From Podospora anserina (taxonomy: Eukaryota): DNA of 64,000 nucleotides. This document shows, one piece after another, positions 12,030-25,463 of the stretch; the first letter of the stretch is position 1, and every line of letters begins with the position of its first letter. The stretch lies in NCBI GenBank assembly GCA_017654855.1, contig CM030333.1:930001-994000 (forward strand). The letters run 5' to 3'. The notes under the pieces are model-generated. The model worked only from the letters and a program-made list of their open reading frames with translations. It was not told where the DNA came from and searched no databases. Position numbers and translations under genes: made by a program.

Positions 12030-14585
12030 GGTTTACGAAACGGAGGGTTGTCGTGATGTGCTGTTTAGTCACGAGTGAAATGCCGTCGCTTTCCGGCAAG
12101 ATAAGGCTCCAAATGTTCCAACAAGATTGGATATTTCAGGGTCCAGCAAGCTGTAATACGTGTAAATCCGGATCCCTGAAAGGATGGTGTTGTGACCGAG
12201 AGAGACCGAAACAGAGGGTGTGCGTGATGAGTGTTGCAAAGTAGTGAAGAGAGATATCGAGCCAATGGCCGTCCAGCTCTCACACAACGTATTGGGCGGG
12301 AGTTCCAAAAAATTGGATAAGAGAAGAAGTTTCTCACTCTTCCACCTGCAACAACCTCGCTGATGCTATCACCAGAACGGGATGTGAGAGGCAAAGACAA
12401 GAGATGCCAACCCCCCTTTTTACCCCGGATTCCCTCTTTTTCAACCTTTCCCCTAACTCCTCCCCTCGCTGCTTCCAGAAATGCGCCTTCTCTATTTCCG
12501 GAACGATGGTGCTATGCAGTGCGTGAGCGTGAGCAAATGCGTGTAGATGGTTGCTTCCCCCCCTCCCCCAGTAACACACCCCACGTTCCAGTTCGCAGCC
12601 TTGCAGCTATTCGCTACCGCTTGGCGGGTTGTGGCAGCCGAATCAGAGTGTATGACGCTGCTGGCGTCTTGTTGGAGTATGCAGGTAGCAAAGGCGTCAT
12701 CCAGAGCACGCAATCGTTCTCGGCTGCAACTGGGCCAAATCTGTTGGCAAAGGTTTGGGGGTCTGCTGTGAGATGTCGGAAGGCGGAAGACTTATTTGAT
12801 CGTCGATGCGAGTGAGCGCTGATATAAAGAGTTGAAAAAATAAAAGCATGAAACTGGCGAGAAATGAGTTGAAAGTCACAAGTCGGGATATCCTGTCTTG
12901 GTTGTCAAGGGAGTTATGAGAGCAACAATTCCCCCTCTTTCGTTCCACGATCCGATGTTTATATAAGAATGTACCGAAGTTCAAACAATATATAAGCCCG
13001 CGGCAATAAAAATGAAGAGAAAAAACACAAGCCGTAGTTTCAGGGACCTGCTTTAAATTTTTCGCGTTGGCAGGCGGCAAAACCCCAACAAGGGGACTTT
13101 CTTCAAAAAGAACAATGGGGCTGGAACTACTACCGAGCGGACTACCTTTTTGGCATCCACTCTCGCACTCCCTGTCTCCCCGAAAAATGGACGAAAGAGT
13201 TCCGACAGCGGGGGATGCCAATTTTTTTTTCTACTCCCCTTCCAGACTCTGGAAACCGGGGAAATTCTCGAGACCCAGGTGTTGTTAAGCTTTGGCCCTG
13301 GTGGAGTCTGGAGAGACTGACACTTCCGTCCATCGGACGACCCAGAGAGAGCCATTCAGACGTTTGACAAAGTAAGCAGCAACTAAATAAACTGCGTGGA
13401 GCTGAATAATGACAACAACAAATTGTGTACTGCAAAGTAAACAACCGCTCGGCTATCTGCCCGACCTGGGCTGCTGTCTCCTCAGATCGGAGTCTTGTCT
13501 ACAAGTGCTTAGAAATCCAAATCAACTCCCGATTGGGGTAGGTATGCGCGCATCTAATCGCTCGGAAACATCCCGTGGAAAACGTGTGTGTGCAACGTGC
13601 CAACGGCGACTGACATGGTAGGTGGGTTCGTCCGTCCCCCGGGTCCCAGAGAAGGTGTGATGGAATGTTTCTTATGCCATGGCTAGCCGTTGGGACGTTT
13701 CTTTGCTTCCATCAATTGACAGGAAACGACCTGCCTGTACTTCTTGGAGGGAATGACATCTCTCGGGTGACGGGCAGACCACCCCCCACAATCCGCAGAG
13801 AACAGGGAGTACTGCGGGGTTTTCTCTTTGCTTATCGATAAACAGAGGGGTAACTTCGTCAGCGAGATCGCGCATGTGAAAAGGCGGGGCATATCCCAGC
13901 TTAACCCTGAGATGGTTAGGGTTATTGCTGCATCTATTATCTGTGTGTTTACAAGAATAAATCTCAGGCTCTCCTTGTTCTTATCCCCGTCTGCAATTGA
14001 GATTGAGGCCTGGGCGCCCCTCGCCACTTCACCGACTGTCAAATGCCGGGCAACCCGGATGTTTCTTGCGATCTCATTTCAATCGGTGATCGTTGGAAAG
14101 TCGGTGCTTCGTGACAATCCAGATTCAACAAAATCACATACTTTGCTCGAGAAAGGCTACAGCAAAAGGGAGACAGTGGTGAAAAGGACTAATTTTCTGT
14201 AAACTCTTTATCCTTTTGTACATGTCCATCCCTCTCTTGTCTCTACCCTCCAAGCAATTACAGAAATGTCTCTACTATATATACACATCTTTCTGTCCCC
14301 CTCCTCATCATCTGTGCCGCCGGGTATCCCTTGATACTTTCCCACAAAAGAAAACGCCATATATGCTTACAATGACCTCCCTCCCTCCTCATGCCCTTTC
14401 TGCATGCGTATGCTCGCTATTGTACAATGTAATAAAAAGTGAAAGAAACGCTGATAACCACCCCTAAAAGAACCCCCCCAAAAAAAAGGCTTGAACGCCC
14501 AGCCAAAACGACAAAGAAAAGAAACCTCATCTCTTGACAGTTTGTCCAAAGAAAATGCCATCTCATCATAACCAACATCTTCCTG

Positions 14586-14917
14586 TTACCTCACATTCAG
14601 AAACAAATCATCCCCCCTCCTCGTAGGCGTCAACTCAGGCACCCACCCCGGCGTAATTGGCGGCAGCTCATCCGGATCCTGCCTTTGCCAGTTTGTCCTC
14701 TGTGCCTTTTTCTGGTAGGAATCACCCGCGTTCGCCAGCGTCAACGCCGCTGCCCTGTCCGGACCTCGGCGTTTAGCCAGCAGCAAGGAGGACTGGCTGC
14801 TGTGGGCCGAATTTGAGCCCCCTGGATTGGACATGGCTACTGCGCTGTCGATGGGGGTTTGAGAAGAAGATGTTGCTCCTGCTGGGGAGGGGTAAGACGG
14901 GGGGATGTAAGGTTTGT

Positions 14918-14958
<41 letters not shown>

Positions 14959-17502
14959 GGTCGAGAGAGGTATTGTTGCGGGTAAGGGGGTTGGGAGTAA
15001 GGTGGGGGTTGGGAGTATTGTTGTGGTTGTTGAGGGCGGCGTTGTTGGGGTTGGAGGTATTGTTGTTGTTGTTGGGGGTAGGGCCGTTGCTGTTGCTGAG
15101 GATTTGGTCGTTGTTGTTGTTGTTGCGGCTGCTGGCGGGGATCATACGGTGGCCGAGTTTGCTGCGCAGGTCGGGGTTGGGATGATGATGGCCCTCCCCA
15201 GTATGAAGCTGGGTTTGACAACCTCTTCTGGCTGCGGAAATACTGGTCCTCAATGGTAGGTCCCCCGCGAGTGTCAGGGGATCCAGTCCTCATCTGCGCT
15301 GGATTGCGCACTGGCACTGGGTTGAGACTGGCGCCATATGTTGGCCGTTTGGGCCCTTGGGGAGCAGCTGGCATTGAATGCCCTGGGTGCCAGACATTGT
15401 ACTGGTGTCCTCGCGGAAGCAAGTCTGATCCCCTGCTGCTTCTACTATTCCTATCGGCTCTCTCAGGAACAGGCGGTACCTGAGCAGCCTCGGTGCGTTT
15501 CCTGATCTTTGGGTAAGAGACAGGAGACTTCCCCGGCGAGATAGGCGTATTGGGCGATTCCACCACAGGCGACAAGTCCACTTGCATCTCATCCTCAATA
15601 ACAGCGTCATCCTCATATGGTGACCGCACAGGTGTCTGTGCCCCTTCCTGAGAGTTCCTCCGATTAGCCCTCCTCATTGACCGCCTCTTGCTCCGATCGC
15701 CAGTCAGCTCCCGCCCTTCCCGCATCACATCAAAGTATGTATCCGGCTGCTTGCCCTGTTTCCTTCCCAACTCAGGAGAGCTGATGAGAGTCTCGGCAGT
15801 CTGCGAAGACCTATTGGCAGGATTTTGCCTCGAAACTTGCGGCTCGCGGCGTTGGTCCTTGAATGCGATGGGAGACCCGAGCATCTTCGCGCTTTCCTTG
15901 GAAGGAATTCTCAGAGGTGACACCAAGGCGTTTGGTGAAAACATCACGTAGGCATCCTTGGCCCTTTCAGCTCTCGTCTTGTGCAAGTCAGGGCTTGGGA
16001 GCTCGGCCTGAGCGAGAGGAACGGAAGCCTGCTGGGGCTTCGGCAGTGGAGGCACGGCCTTGTTCTTGTTGACAGAAGGCTCAGGCCTCTGTTCCGGTCT
16101 CTGCTCCGGCCTTTGCGACGGTGTATTCCGCAACACCCAATTGCCTCCCTTATCAGCAAAGTACATGGCTGTCGCAGACTGAGGATCGCTCGGTGGTGGC
16201 CTCCAGACAGAAGTCTTTGCTGTTTTCGCCGTCTCGACCTCTCCATCCTCGGCAAATTCGGTGACAACACTATCGGTCCGGCTGGCAGGAACTCGATACA
16301 TGCGCTCTTGTGGTCGCGGAATAGCGAGAGTCAACGTCGGCTTCGGCGGGCTCCCTTGTGGTTGTGGTTGTGCCGGAGCAGGTGGGCTCAAAACCACCTT
16401 TGGAACACTATTCTGAGCCTGAACCTTCGGGGAAGCAGTGCGAGCTGGCTTCGGGGAAGGCACCATCGTAGCGTTCGCAAACAAAGATGCGTTCAAGCCG
16501 ACACCAACACCTGGAACCCGTCTCTCCGAGTTGGCGTTGCTGACTGCCGGAGTAAGAGCCGGAGTCGAATTCCATCGTGGATCGTTGGGGTCCCTTTCCG
16601 CTGGAATCCGAGCCAACGGACTCGAAATTTGAAGACCAGGAAACACGCTGGCCCTTCCATTGTTTGGAGACTCTTTCATCTTTGCGAACCCAGAGTCACC
16701 CCCTTCCAGATCTCCATATCTTCTCCGCCGAATACACCTGGCCAGGAAGATCAGTCCAACTCCCAGCAGCACCATGGCAACGCATCCTACTACAATCCCA
16801 ACAACCTGGCCGGTGCTCAAGGTTGGCTGAGGATTTGAAGCAACGGGGGGGGCGGTTGGTGTTGCTGAGGGGTCAGCGGGGATGAACGTCTCGTTCGGGT
16901 CGCTGGCCGTAGCAATTGGAGGTCGTGTTCGAGAAGCAAAGGTCGACGTGGTGCTTGCTGTTGTTGATGTCGCAGTGCCGGTGACTGATCTTGTCGGCGA
17001 TGGTGTGGGTACAATCAGACCTCCTGTCCCAGTAGGCCGAATCAAGGTAGCTGTAAGAGTCTCGTGTGTCCTCGGCGCCGCCTTCGACACGCCCACACAC
17101 ATGTTATAAGCCGTCGTAGTCGTATCGCCTTCCCAAATGTCAGCAAACCAACACCGCCTATCCATTCGTAATGAACTCACTGGTAGAATCCCTCCCCTGA
17201 CAAGACCCCAACTGACTTTCCCCAATTATACACGACACTGCACCCTCTCCCACCGTATACCCTGACAACCCTGTCTGCCGGCACAAACATTGCAGCGACG
17301 GCGAGTTCCCGCATATCCTCGAGTCGAAGTTCGCCGCAATAAACGACCGGAAACACTCCTGAGCGCACTGCGGCACAAAGTTGAGGATCTCTGACGTGAC
17401 GTTCTTGGTTTGCTGCTGTTGGGCGTTGGCAAAGGTAAGCAGTGTCGTCCATAACGTGAGGCATAGTAAGAACAGCCTATATGCCATTCTCTGAAGCAAC
17501 AT
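14586..17502 (-). CDS. CFEM-like 8-cysteine domain single-pass membrane protein with long Pro/Gln/Ser-rich cytoplasmic tail
   Basis: Exons 17502-17181 and 17128-14586 (intron GTGAGT..GCTGAC..AAG). Signal peptide; PQCAQEC..C..CLC..C..C..C; Thr-rich stalk; TM VVGIVVGCVAMVLLGVGLIFLA then RCIRRRR; low-complexity tail ending LTPTRRGDDLFLNVR. The start may be Met 17487. Confidence 0.85.
14919..14957. repeat. (CAA)13 coding microsatellite giving a poly-Gln tract in the CFEM-like protein
   Basis: Perfect (TTG)13 on the + strand; translates as Q13 on the - strand. Confidence 0.95.
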
Positions 17503-19654
17503 CTGTATCCCCCTTCAAGTGTCAGCTTCTCCCCTCGACAAAGTTTCAGACCAGGACCATCATGGTTATGTAAAGTTACCCACCTCAAAAGGACCTTCAG
17601 TCCATCTGCATACTCCGCAACAAACCCTTTTCCAAACTTCTTCTTTTCGTCCGAACAAAGGTCCCCCCTTCTTCAACAATCTAGGTCCGCCAAGCAAAGC
17701 TTCGTGTAGGGAGGCCTATGGTTGTATAGCCAGCGGCGGGTTACCTCGGCGGCTGGGCGATGTGCAGGTGAGTTGTTGACAGGGCAGAAAGCGGCCGACC
17801 TGGTCTGGTCTCGGTGAGGGTGTGTAAACATTAAGGGTTGTTGAGGACGAAGGCCAGCATCTCTCTCATGTCGTATCCACGATAACACTGTAGGAGAGAG
17901 ATAGAAACTAAGAAAAGATGATGATGACGATCATGAACAAAAAAACATGGGAAAGTCGTTCTCGTCCGAAGAAAAAACCAGAAACCAGAACCCCTCTCAC
18001 GATACAACCTCGAAAAGGAAACAGAGAACAAAAACTTGAAACAAGAAGAATATGAGAAAAAAGAAAGTGATACAGGAGTGAGCGACTCGGGGATAAACCT
18101 GAAGAAAAGAAGAGAAGGGATCAAAAGAACAACGGTGTCACACACCACCACCTCGTTGTCATCTCATCGATCTCTCAACCGCGGCGGGTAGGACCACTCA
18201 CACACACCATCCCCATATCAAGCGTGGCTTGACCCTAACCTCAACCAGGTTTGGTACACACCTACATACCTACCCATACCCTTGCTTGCCGCTGAGCGCC
18301 TGTTCCCTCCACTGCACGCCTGCCCGCGGGCTGCGCTTAATGATACCGCCCACCCATTTAGAAAAGAGACAGGACAATGACAAAGAGATACAAGATCCCT
18401 TACCCCTGCCGCGGATGTGCATACCGGGCGGGAAGACCAAGTACCGCACAGCGCCGCACTTCGCCTGACCATAACCTCCCATAATCAACTTATACTTGAA
18501 AGACAGCCTTGTTGCGTCATCCTCCCCTCCCGAACCCGCCGTTTTCCCCCTTTTCAGCTTCTAAAATCTCAGTTTGAAACCCATCTCCCGAACTCTTCGC
18601 TCTCCCCAAAAAGCAAACATCAGTCCCTTTCCCTCCCCCCTCCAACCACCCCAAACAGCAACAGCACCCAAAAGTGGCTGTCCCCTTGCATCACCCATCC
18701 GCCAACCCCACAGTGCATCTCTCTGCATCTCCTGCAAAGACAACACACCATCCACTCACATCAAAAAACCAGGCAGTGCCAAATAGGTGTGTAGGCGCTT
18801 ACACCCATTTTTAGCCGCCTGGCCCTCAAGAAGGGGCGGAAACCCCCCTCATTGGCCAAAACCTCATTGAAACCACCCGAATTGGTGTCAATCACGTGGA
18901 TGGCATCTACCATCCAACCATTCAAACCTCATCATTTTGTGCACAAGCAGTTGTCTTACACCATTAAGAGCTACATCTTGGCAGGTACAGCCACCATGTA
19001 CTCTTTTTTCGTTGACTCGGGTGGCTGTACCTCCACCTATCCGAATGCTGCTGCTCGGCCATGTTCGGGTAGGTATTTCGGGCGAGTTCATCACCTCTGA
19101 ACAATATCGCGGGGAAACCGTCACATAGATACCCGGATGCTATTGTCAGGCGAAGCAACTTTGGCACAGGAAACAGACACCTTCTAAAACCACAATTTGG
19201 AGACGAACAAGGCAGATGGGGTAACTCGGGACGATCAAAAGTACACTACGTCAGAAACCTCTCCTTGCCGCTGGGACCTGCGCAAGCGCCTTTGGTCGAT
19301 CAACTACTCAAGTACATTCACTCCCCATATGCACGCCGACAATCTGTGATACACGGATGCTGTAGGGACCCGAGGGAAATCATAAAATCCCAGGACCCGG
19401 CGGCGCCAAACATCAGGAGTCAAAAGTAATCGTGAAAAGTTCCGGCTTCTTATTCGCCTTTGGTATCTAACAAATCTCTCTGCGTGCTCAACTACATGCC
19501 CATTGCCCACGAAAAGCTCAATTTCTCAAAAACTCCCACCCGCAAAGTGCAAATTTTCATCCATAGTCATGCAAATTCCTGCCCATATCCACAATTAGTC
19601 CTCCATCATCATGGACAACCTATCCCACCGAGCACTGCCCCGCCCACAGGAGAA

Positions 19655-21158
19655 CTAATTCCCAAGGGCATTAGGAGCGTAGTCGGGGCGGGCACGGCTC
19701 GACTTGATCACGTCCTGCACCTTCTTCTCAGTCAAGTCCCAGTCGTCAGGGCTGAGCTGAACAAGGTCGATTCCGTAGTGATTGGCAATGTCTGAAAGGG
19801 CCTCGTAGCTTCGTCTGTCGTAGACGAAACTAATAGAGACGCCAACACGACCAAAACGACCAGTACGGCCGATACGGTGAAGATAGGTCTCGTAGTCTGG
19901 CACGCCAGCGCCGGGGCCCTTCATCGGAATGTCGTAGTTGATGACCATGGACACGCTGGACACATCAATGCCACGAGCCAAGACGTTGGTGGTGATGAGA
20001 ACCTTGGAACGACCGGAGCGGAAGTCGTCGAGGAGAGCATCACGGTTCTGGCCCTCGAAGGCACCGTGAAGGGCAGACACCTTGTGGCCATCAGCCTCCA
20101 TGCGGCGCTGAATCTCGTTGGCACTCTCACGAGTCTATATTTGTTGGTCAGAAAGAGGATGATACACATTTTCTTGCCAGCGACTACTTACGCGGACGAA
20201 GATGACGGACGAGCCAATGGTCATGAGACCATAGAGCTTGCAAAGCACATCATATTTCTTGCCCTCGTCTGGGCAATCCATGTACATTTGAGAAATACCC
20301 TTGACTGTCAGCTCCGTGTGTCGGAGCTTGATCTCGTTCGCCTTGGGCGCAAACTGCTGCGCGAACCGGTGGACATTGTCTGGGAAGGTGGCGGAAAAAA
20401 GAAGAATTTGGATGGTCTTGGGGAGTAGACTATTTCCTGTCAGTGAGCTGCCCATTGCATCCGGGGATGGAAGATTCTTACGTCTTGACACGCACACACT
20501 GCTCACCGAGACCCTGCTGGTCCAACATGTTGTCCGCCTCGTCAATAACGAGTAGCTTCAGCTGAGACACATCGAACTGGCGACGTCTGATCAGGTCCAT
20601 GACGGTGCCTGGAGTTCCTACCACGATGCTGGCCCTGACACCAGTCTCACGCGAGACTTCGCCGGGGATGGCGGCCTGCACGATCAAGTTCTCACAAAAT
20701 TGACCGATTGTTTGGACGACGCCCTGAATTTGCCGAGCAAGCTCTCTGCTCGGAGCCAGAAGGAGAGCTTGAGGCTGTTGCGGCTTGGCGAGGTCCACGC
20801 GCGCCAGGCAAGTGAGAACGAAAGCAGCAGTCTTGCCGGTGCCGGACTGGGACTGAGCAATCATGTTTGTAGGAGGGTCGCTGATCATGAGAGGGAGGGC
20901 TCTCTCTTGGATCTTGGATGGCTTCTTGAAGTTCATAGCTAAAAGGCCATCGTTGATCGCCTTGGGGAGGCCAAGCTGCTCGAAAGACTGGACGGAGAAG
21001 AGCGGGCTTTCGGCATCATTTTGAAGGTCGGCGAGTTTGACCTCGACGTCGTAGGCGTTCTCGACGATGCCAACGCTATTGGCACCCTCGGTCGGGTCAT
21101 CAACTTGGGGGGCAGCGCCCTCCTCCGGCTTGGAGATGCGGCTCGCGAGGTCCGCCAT
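19655..21158 (-). CDS. DBP5: DEAD-box RNA helicase Dbp5 (mRNA export)
   Basis: Exons 21158-20482, 20429-20192 and 20134-19655. Motifs [76 protein letters not shown], typical of Dbp5/DDX19. Confidence 0.96.
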
Positions 21159-21198
21159 GGCTTCGACTTGGGTGAAAATTGGTTGAGGGGTAGAGAGA

Positions 21199-21413
21199 CT
21201 GTGGAAATTCTCAGTTAATATACGCGTAAAACAGCGACCTAAGGTTGCCAGTAGAAGGGCAGGTGCAGGTGCCTGGGCGGAACTTTGTTGTGGAGGAAGA
21301 CGAAACCAACTGGCGGTTGTGGAAACTGGCCCTGACCGCGAGTCGCAGATCACGTCCTTGCCGTCAAGGTTGTGTTCGCGACTGGTCGGTCGTAGAGATG
21401 CAGGAGCACTTAC
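21199..21413 (-). other. Predicted 5'UTR intron of DBP5 (215 nt)
   Basis: On the - strand: donor A|GTAAGT at 21413, branch-like TTAAC/CTGAG, acceptor TTTCCACAG ending 21199, 40 nt before the ATG. The adjacent upstream exon sequence is pyrimidine-rich and has no ATG. Confidence 0.7.
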
Positions 21414-22384
21414 TGTGAGGGGAACGGGCTCGAGGTCGTCAGATCAGGTAGTTGAAATTGAACTGGATCAATGATGTTGACGGAAACCTGAGGTTCTAGT
21501 TGTTGTCGGATGGAAAGCTGGCAGAGAATATCACAAAGGAAGAAGAAGCCCAGCTTGGTAGGTATACACTTTCCGGAAGCCAAAGCAAGAGCGATGTGAT
21601 GGTGGGGCTGTACCTGCAATTGAAGCTGCTTGGTTTGGCGGGGTAACTGACACTGGCGCTGGTGCCTGACAAGTTAGGCTTTACACCACCGTTTGACATG
21701 CTTTCAATCAGGGTCCAGCGTTAGCAGCTGCCTGCAAACACACGCAGAGGCTCTAACAGCAAGCATGGTTGCTTCCTTAAAGACAATGGAAACTCTTTTA
21801 AACATGGCATTGTTGCACTTATGTACATGAGACCGCCTTATTATCCAGGATTCGGTCTCTCCCGAATGTCTAGCCAGGGCCCAGACTAGGGTTATGGACT
21901 GCTTTGAAGCTACGTAAGCAGCTCTCTGACGGATATGTCTTCGATAGATATTACAGCATGCAACTGAAGAAGCAAGACGCTATTCCCAACTTCCGAATGG
22001 ATGTCCATGTCCATGGTTCGCGAGCTGGTCTTGGTCGTCCCACTGCGCTTGGCATAGGGGGCTGCGCAGGGCGCACTGATGCTGCAAGCTGCATGGTTCG
22101 CTGGGGTACATTTATTTTAGCCACCTTACCTCACTGTGGAGGGGTCACCATCAACTCCGCGTGTTACTTCGCCAGGCCAGTTACCAGAATCCCTCATCCA
22201 CCACCGCACACGAGTACTATTTTGACAGACGATGCGCGGATACCACGGACCTACCTCCATAAAATCCAAAAACTATCTTTTGCATACCCTCTCTTTGCTG
22301 CCTATCGTGCATGGTTTAGATTCGAAAACAGCTTTGTAGCGGTCTAGGAAGCGCAAGTGACACGCCGGAACGGAATCAGGAATC

Positions 22385-24782
22385 ATGGCCGAAGTAGACG
22401 TTGCGCCGACCTTTGGATCGGAGCTCAAGGTTCGAATCCTAGATATATCGTCAATGGAGGACTGGCCAGTATTGTATTGGTATGCGTCAGGCTAACCACG
22501 GACGCTGTAGGATGGCTTCAAACCGGCGAATGCCTGGGTTGCTAATGGCATCGCCTGGCTCGACGATATCCAGTCCTTCTACCGTGAACGAAGTGCCATA
22601 GAGAAGGAGTACAGTGCCAAGCTCAATGCGCTGGCCAAAAAGTACTTTGAAAAGAAGGCGAAGAAGTCAACCAGTCTGAGCGTCGGCGATACTCCTACCA
22701 TGACCCCTGGCTCGCTCGAGAGGTGCGTGCTGGACCACCCCTTACTTCCGGCTTCCCTCCCATACTGACGAATCGTTTCAGCGCATCCCTCACCACATGG
22801 ACGACCCATCTTACGACGCTAGAATCTCGAGCCGAAGAACACGATCGGTACGGAAACGAACTTGTGACCAAAGTAGCCGATCCCCTCAAGGTCATCTCGG
22901 GACGATTCGAAGAGCTACGCAAGCGCCATGTCGAGTACGCCGAGAGGCTGGAGAAGGAGAGAGAATCATCGTATGCCGACCTGCGGAAGCAAAAGACCAA
23001 ATATGATGCTGCTTGCCAGGAGGTGGAGAGCAAGCGGAAGAAGACCGAGTCCTCCTTCGACAAGGCCAAGGCACAGAGCTCTTTTCAGCAGCAAATACAC
23101 GAGATGAACAACGTCAAGAATACCTACCTCATTGCGATCAACGTCACCAACAAGCAAAAAGAGAAATACTACCACGAGTACCTGCCCGAAGTCATGGACA
23201 GCCTCCAGGATCTTTCCGAATTCCGAACCATCAAGCTCAACTCTCTGTGGACCGTGGCTGCAAATCTCGAGACCAACATGCTCCAACAGAGCTTGGGGCA
23301 GGTTCAGCACTTGACCCAGGAGATCACGCGCAACCAGCCTCACCTCGACTCGATGATGTACATTAGGCATAACATGGGCGCCTTCCACGAGCCGGCGGAC
23401 AAGGTGTTTGAGCCGAGTCCAGTATGGCACGACGATGAATCAATGGCCATCGACGACCCGGCCAAGGTTTATCTACGAAACGTGCTCAACAAGTCCAAGA
23501 GCCAGCTGGGAGAACTGCGCCGCGACGTCGACAAGAAGAGGCGTGAAGTAGAAGGATTGAAGCGGACAAAGCAGAACGTTAGGGATGGAAGGGAGCAGAA
23601 AGACGAGGTCACAGTTATTGCGCAGCTTTTTATGATCCAGGAAGATCTACACCAGGCCGACCGAAAGCGTCTTACAGCCGAGGTTGAGACATCAACCATC
23701 ACCTCTGTCGTGGGTGATGTTACTCTCGGCGCTAGAAACCACAACTTCAAGTCGCAAACATTCAAAATCCCCACCAATTGCGACCTTTGCGGGGAGAGGA
23801 TATGGGGTTTGTCCGCCAAGGGATTCGACTGCCGAGACTGCGGGTACACTTGCCATAGCAAATGCGAGATGAAGGTCCCAGCCGAGTGCCCAGGTGAACT
23901 CAACAAGGAGGAGCGCAAGAAGATCAAGCAGGAACGACAGGAGGCTGCTAACGCTCTGTTGAAGCCTAGCAATGGGCCACCGGATCATGTGGCGGAACTC
24001 CCTGCTCTCGGCAGGTCAGAGACGATCAGCTCGGTCAATTCGGGATACGCTGCCAGTGCGCAGCGGTCGATGACCTCTCCATCGGAGGAGACACCTCCCG
24101 AGATTCCCAGCGCTACGAGACCAGGCATTACGCCGGCAGCTTCGACGACGACTGTTAGGAAGAACCGAGTCGTTGCGCCTCCACCGGCGGCGTATATTAG
24201 CGAGTTGCCGGGTAGCACGCCCAGCTCCAATGGGTCAGCGGAGAAGAAGGGGAAGATGCTGTACACGTTTGAGGCAGGGGGTGATGGGGAGTTGTCGATT
24301 CAGGAAGGACGGGAGCTGGTTATATTGGAGCCAGATAGTATGTTGCCTGCCTTGTCCTGTTATTGCTCTGCTTACTAACAGCATTCACAGCCGGCTCTGG
24401 ATGGATCAAAGTACGAGCAGGTTACAAAGAAGGTCTCGTGCCAGCAAGTTATGTTGAAATGTTGGCGGCACCACCACCGTCCCTTGCGCCGCAGCACACG
24501 GGTCAGTCGGCGAGACCACCATCTACCTACTCTAACAGTGGTTCGTCGATCGGTGGCACGATCAAGAAGAAGGGCCCTGCTGTGGCGCCGAGGAGAGGGG
24601 CGAAGAAGCTCAAGTATGCCGAGGCGTTGTATGATTACACGGCGCAGAGCGATGCGGAGCATAGCATGACGGAGGGGGAGAGGTTTGTGCTTATCAAGGA
24701 GGACCCAGGGGATGGGTGGGCGGAGGTGGAGAAGGGGGGTGTGACGAAGAGCGTGCCGGCGAGTTATATCCAGGCTGTTTAG
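22385..24782 (+). CDS. BZZ1: Bzz1 actin/endocytosis protein (F-BAR, C1 zinc finger, two SH3)
   Basis: Exons 22385-22429, 22511-22722, 22782-24337 and 24391-24782. FCH start FGSELKDGFK..FYRERSAIEKEYSAKL; C1 HNFKSQTFKIPTNCDLCGERIWGLSAKGFDCRDCGYTCHSKC; SH3 signatures MLYTF..GW..GLVPASYV and ALYDY..DGW..VPASYI. Confidence 0.94.
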
Positions 24783-25364
24783 TGGATGGTCGGGGGGGTG
24801 ATTGAGTATAGTGGGAATGAGTGGTGATGGGCAGGATACCGCGGGGGGGTGGTAGTGGGCTTCTTTCTCCCAAGATGGGGGTTGTACATAGATTCTGTCG
24901 TATATCCACATGCCTGGTGGTAGATGGCGATGAATTGGTGGGGACGGTTGTGTCAGAGGGTAGCATGTTTATAGTGTCTGGGACCTGGATCGGCTCTAAA
25001 CAGCTGGGATTATATTGACTTTTATGCTGTTTCACCACGACAACCACTTGATGTGAAGCAAGGGTGGCACGGTGAACGGCTGTCCCCTGAAGGGCGCAAG
25101 ATCTTGGCAATGACGTCCTTCCCGCCTTTGGTGCGTGCATGACCCCACGGCGCCACTGCCAGTTCCCGCTGACACCCCTGACGGGCCCAAAGCTTTGACT
25201 TTGACGACTTCCATCAACAGTTCGGATGATCTTTCCACCTAGATATATATCTAGGTATGGAATGTGGAAACAGCTGATCTTTTCGGCCCCTCTTGATGGA
25301 CAACATCGGCCGAGATTTCACGAGCCCTCTTACCTTACTTCCTGCCCTACCTATGTTTGTAAGA

Positions 25365-25463
25365 CAGCAGCAGCAGCAGCAGCAGCAACAGGAGTTATGA
25401 GCTGAAAAGACGGATGGGGTGTGTGTGTGTGTATGTGTGTGTGTGTGTATGTGTGTGTGTGTG
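25365..25463. repeat. Adjacent (CAG)7 and imperfect (GT)n microsatellites
   Basis: CAG run at 25365-25385; GT run with two TA interruptions at about 25419-25463. Confidence 0.9.

Noticed and set aside
18229..18246. ACCCTAACC as a telomerase RNA template or telomeric repeat
   Set aside because: A single short match with no recognisable pseudoknot or repeat array; expected by chance.
22386..22446. tRNA-like A-box (TGGCCGAAGTAG) and B-box (GGTTCGAATCC)
   Set aside because: Overlaps BZZ1 exon 1 and its splice donor; the T-stem is mismatched and no acceptor stem forms.
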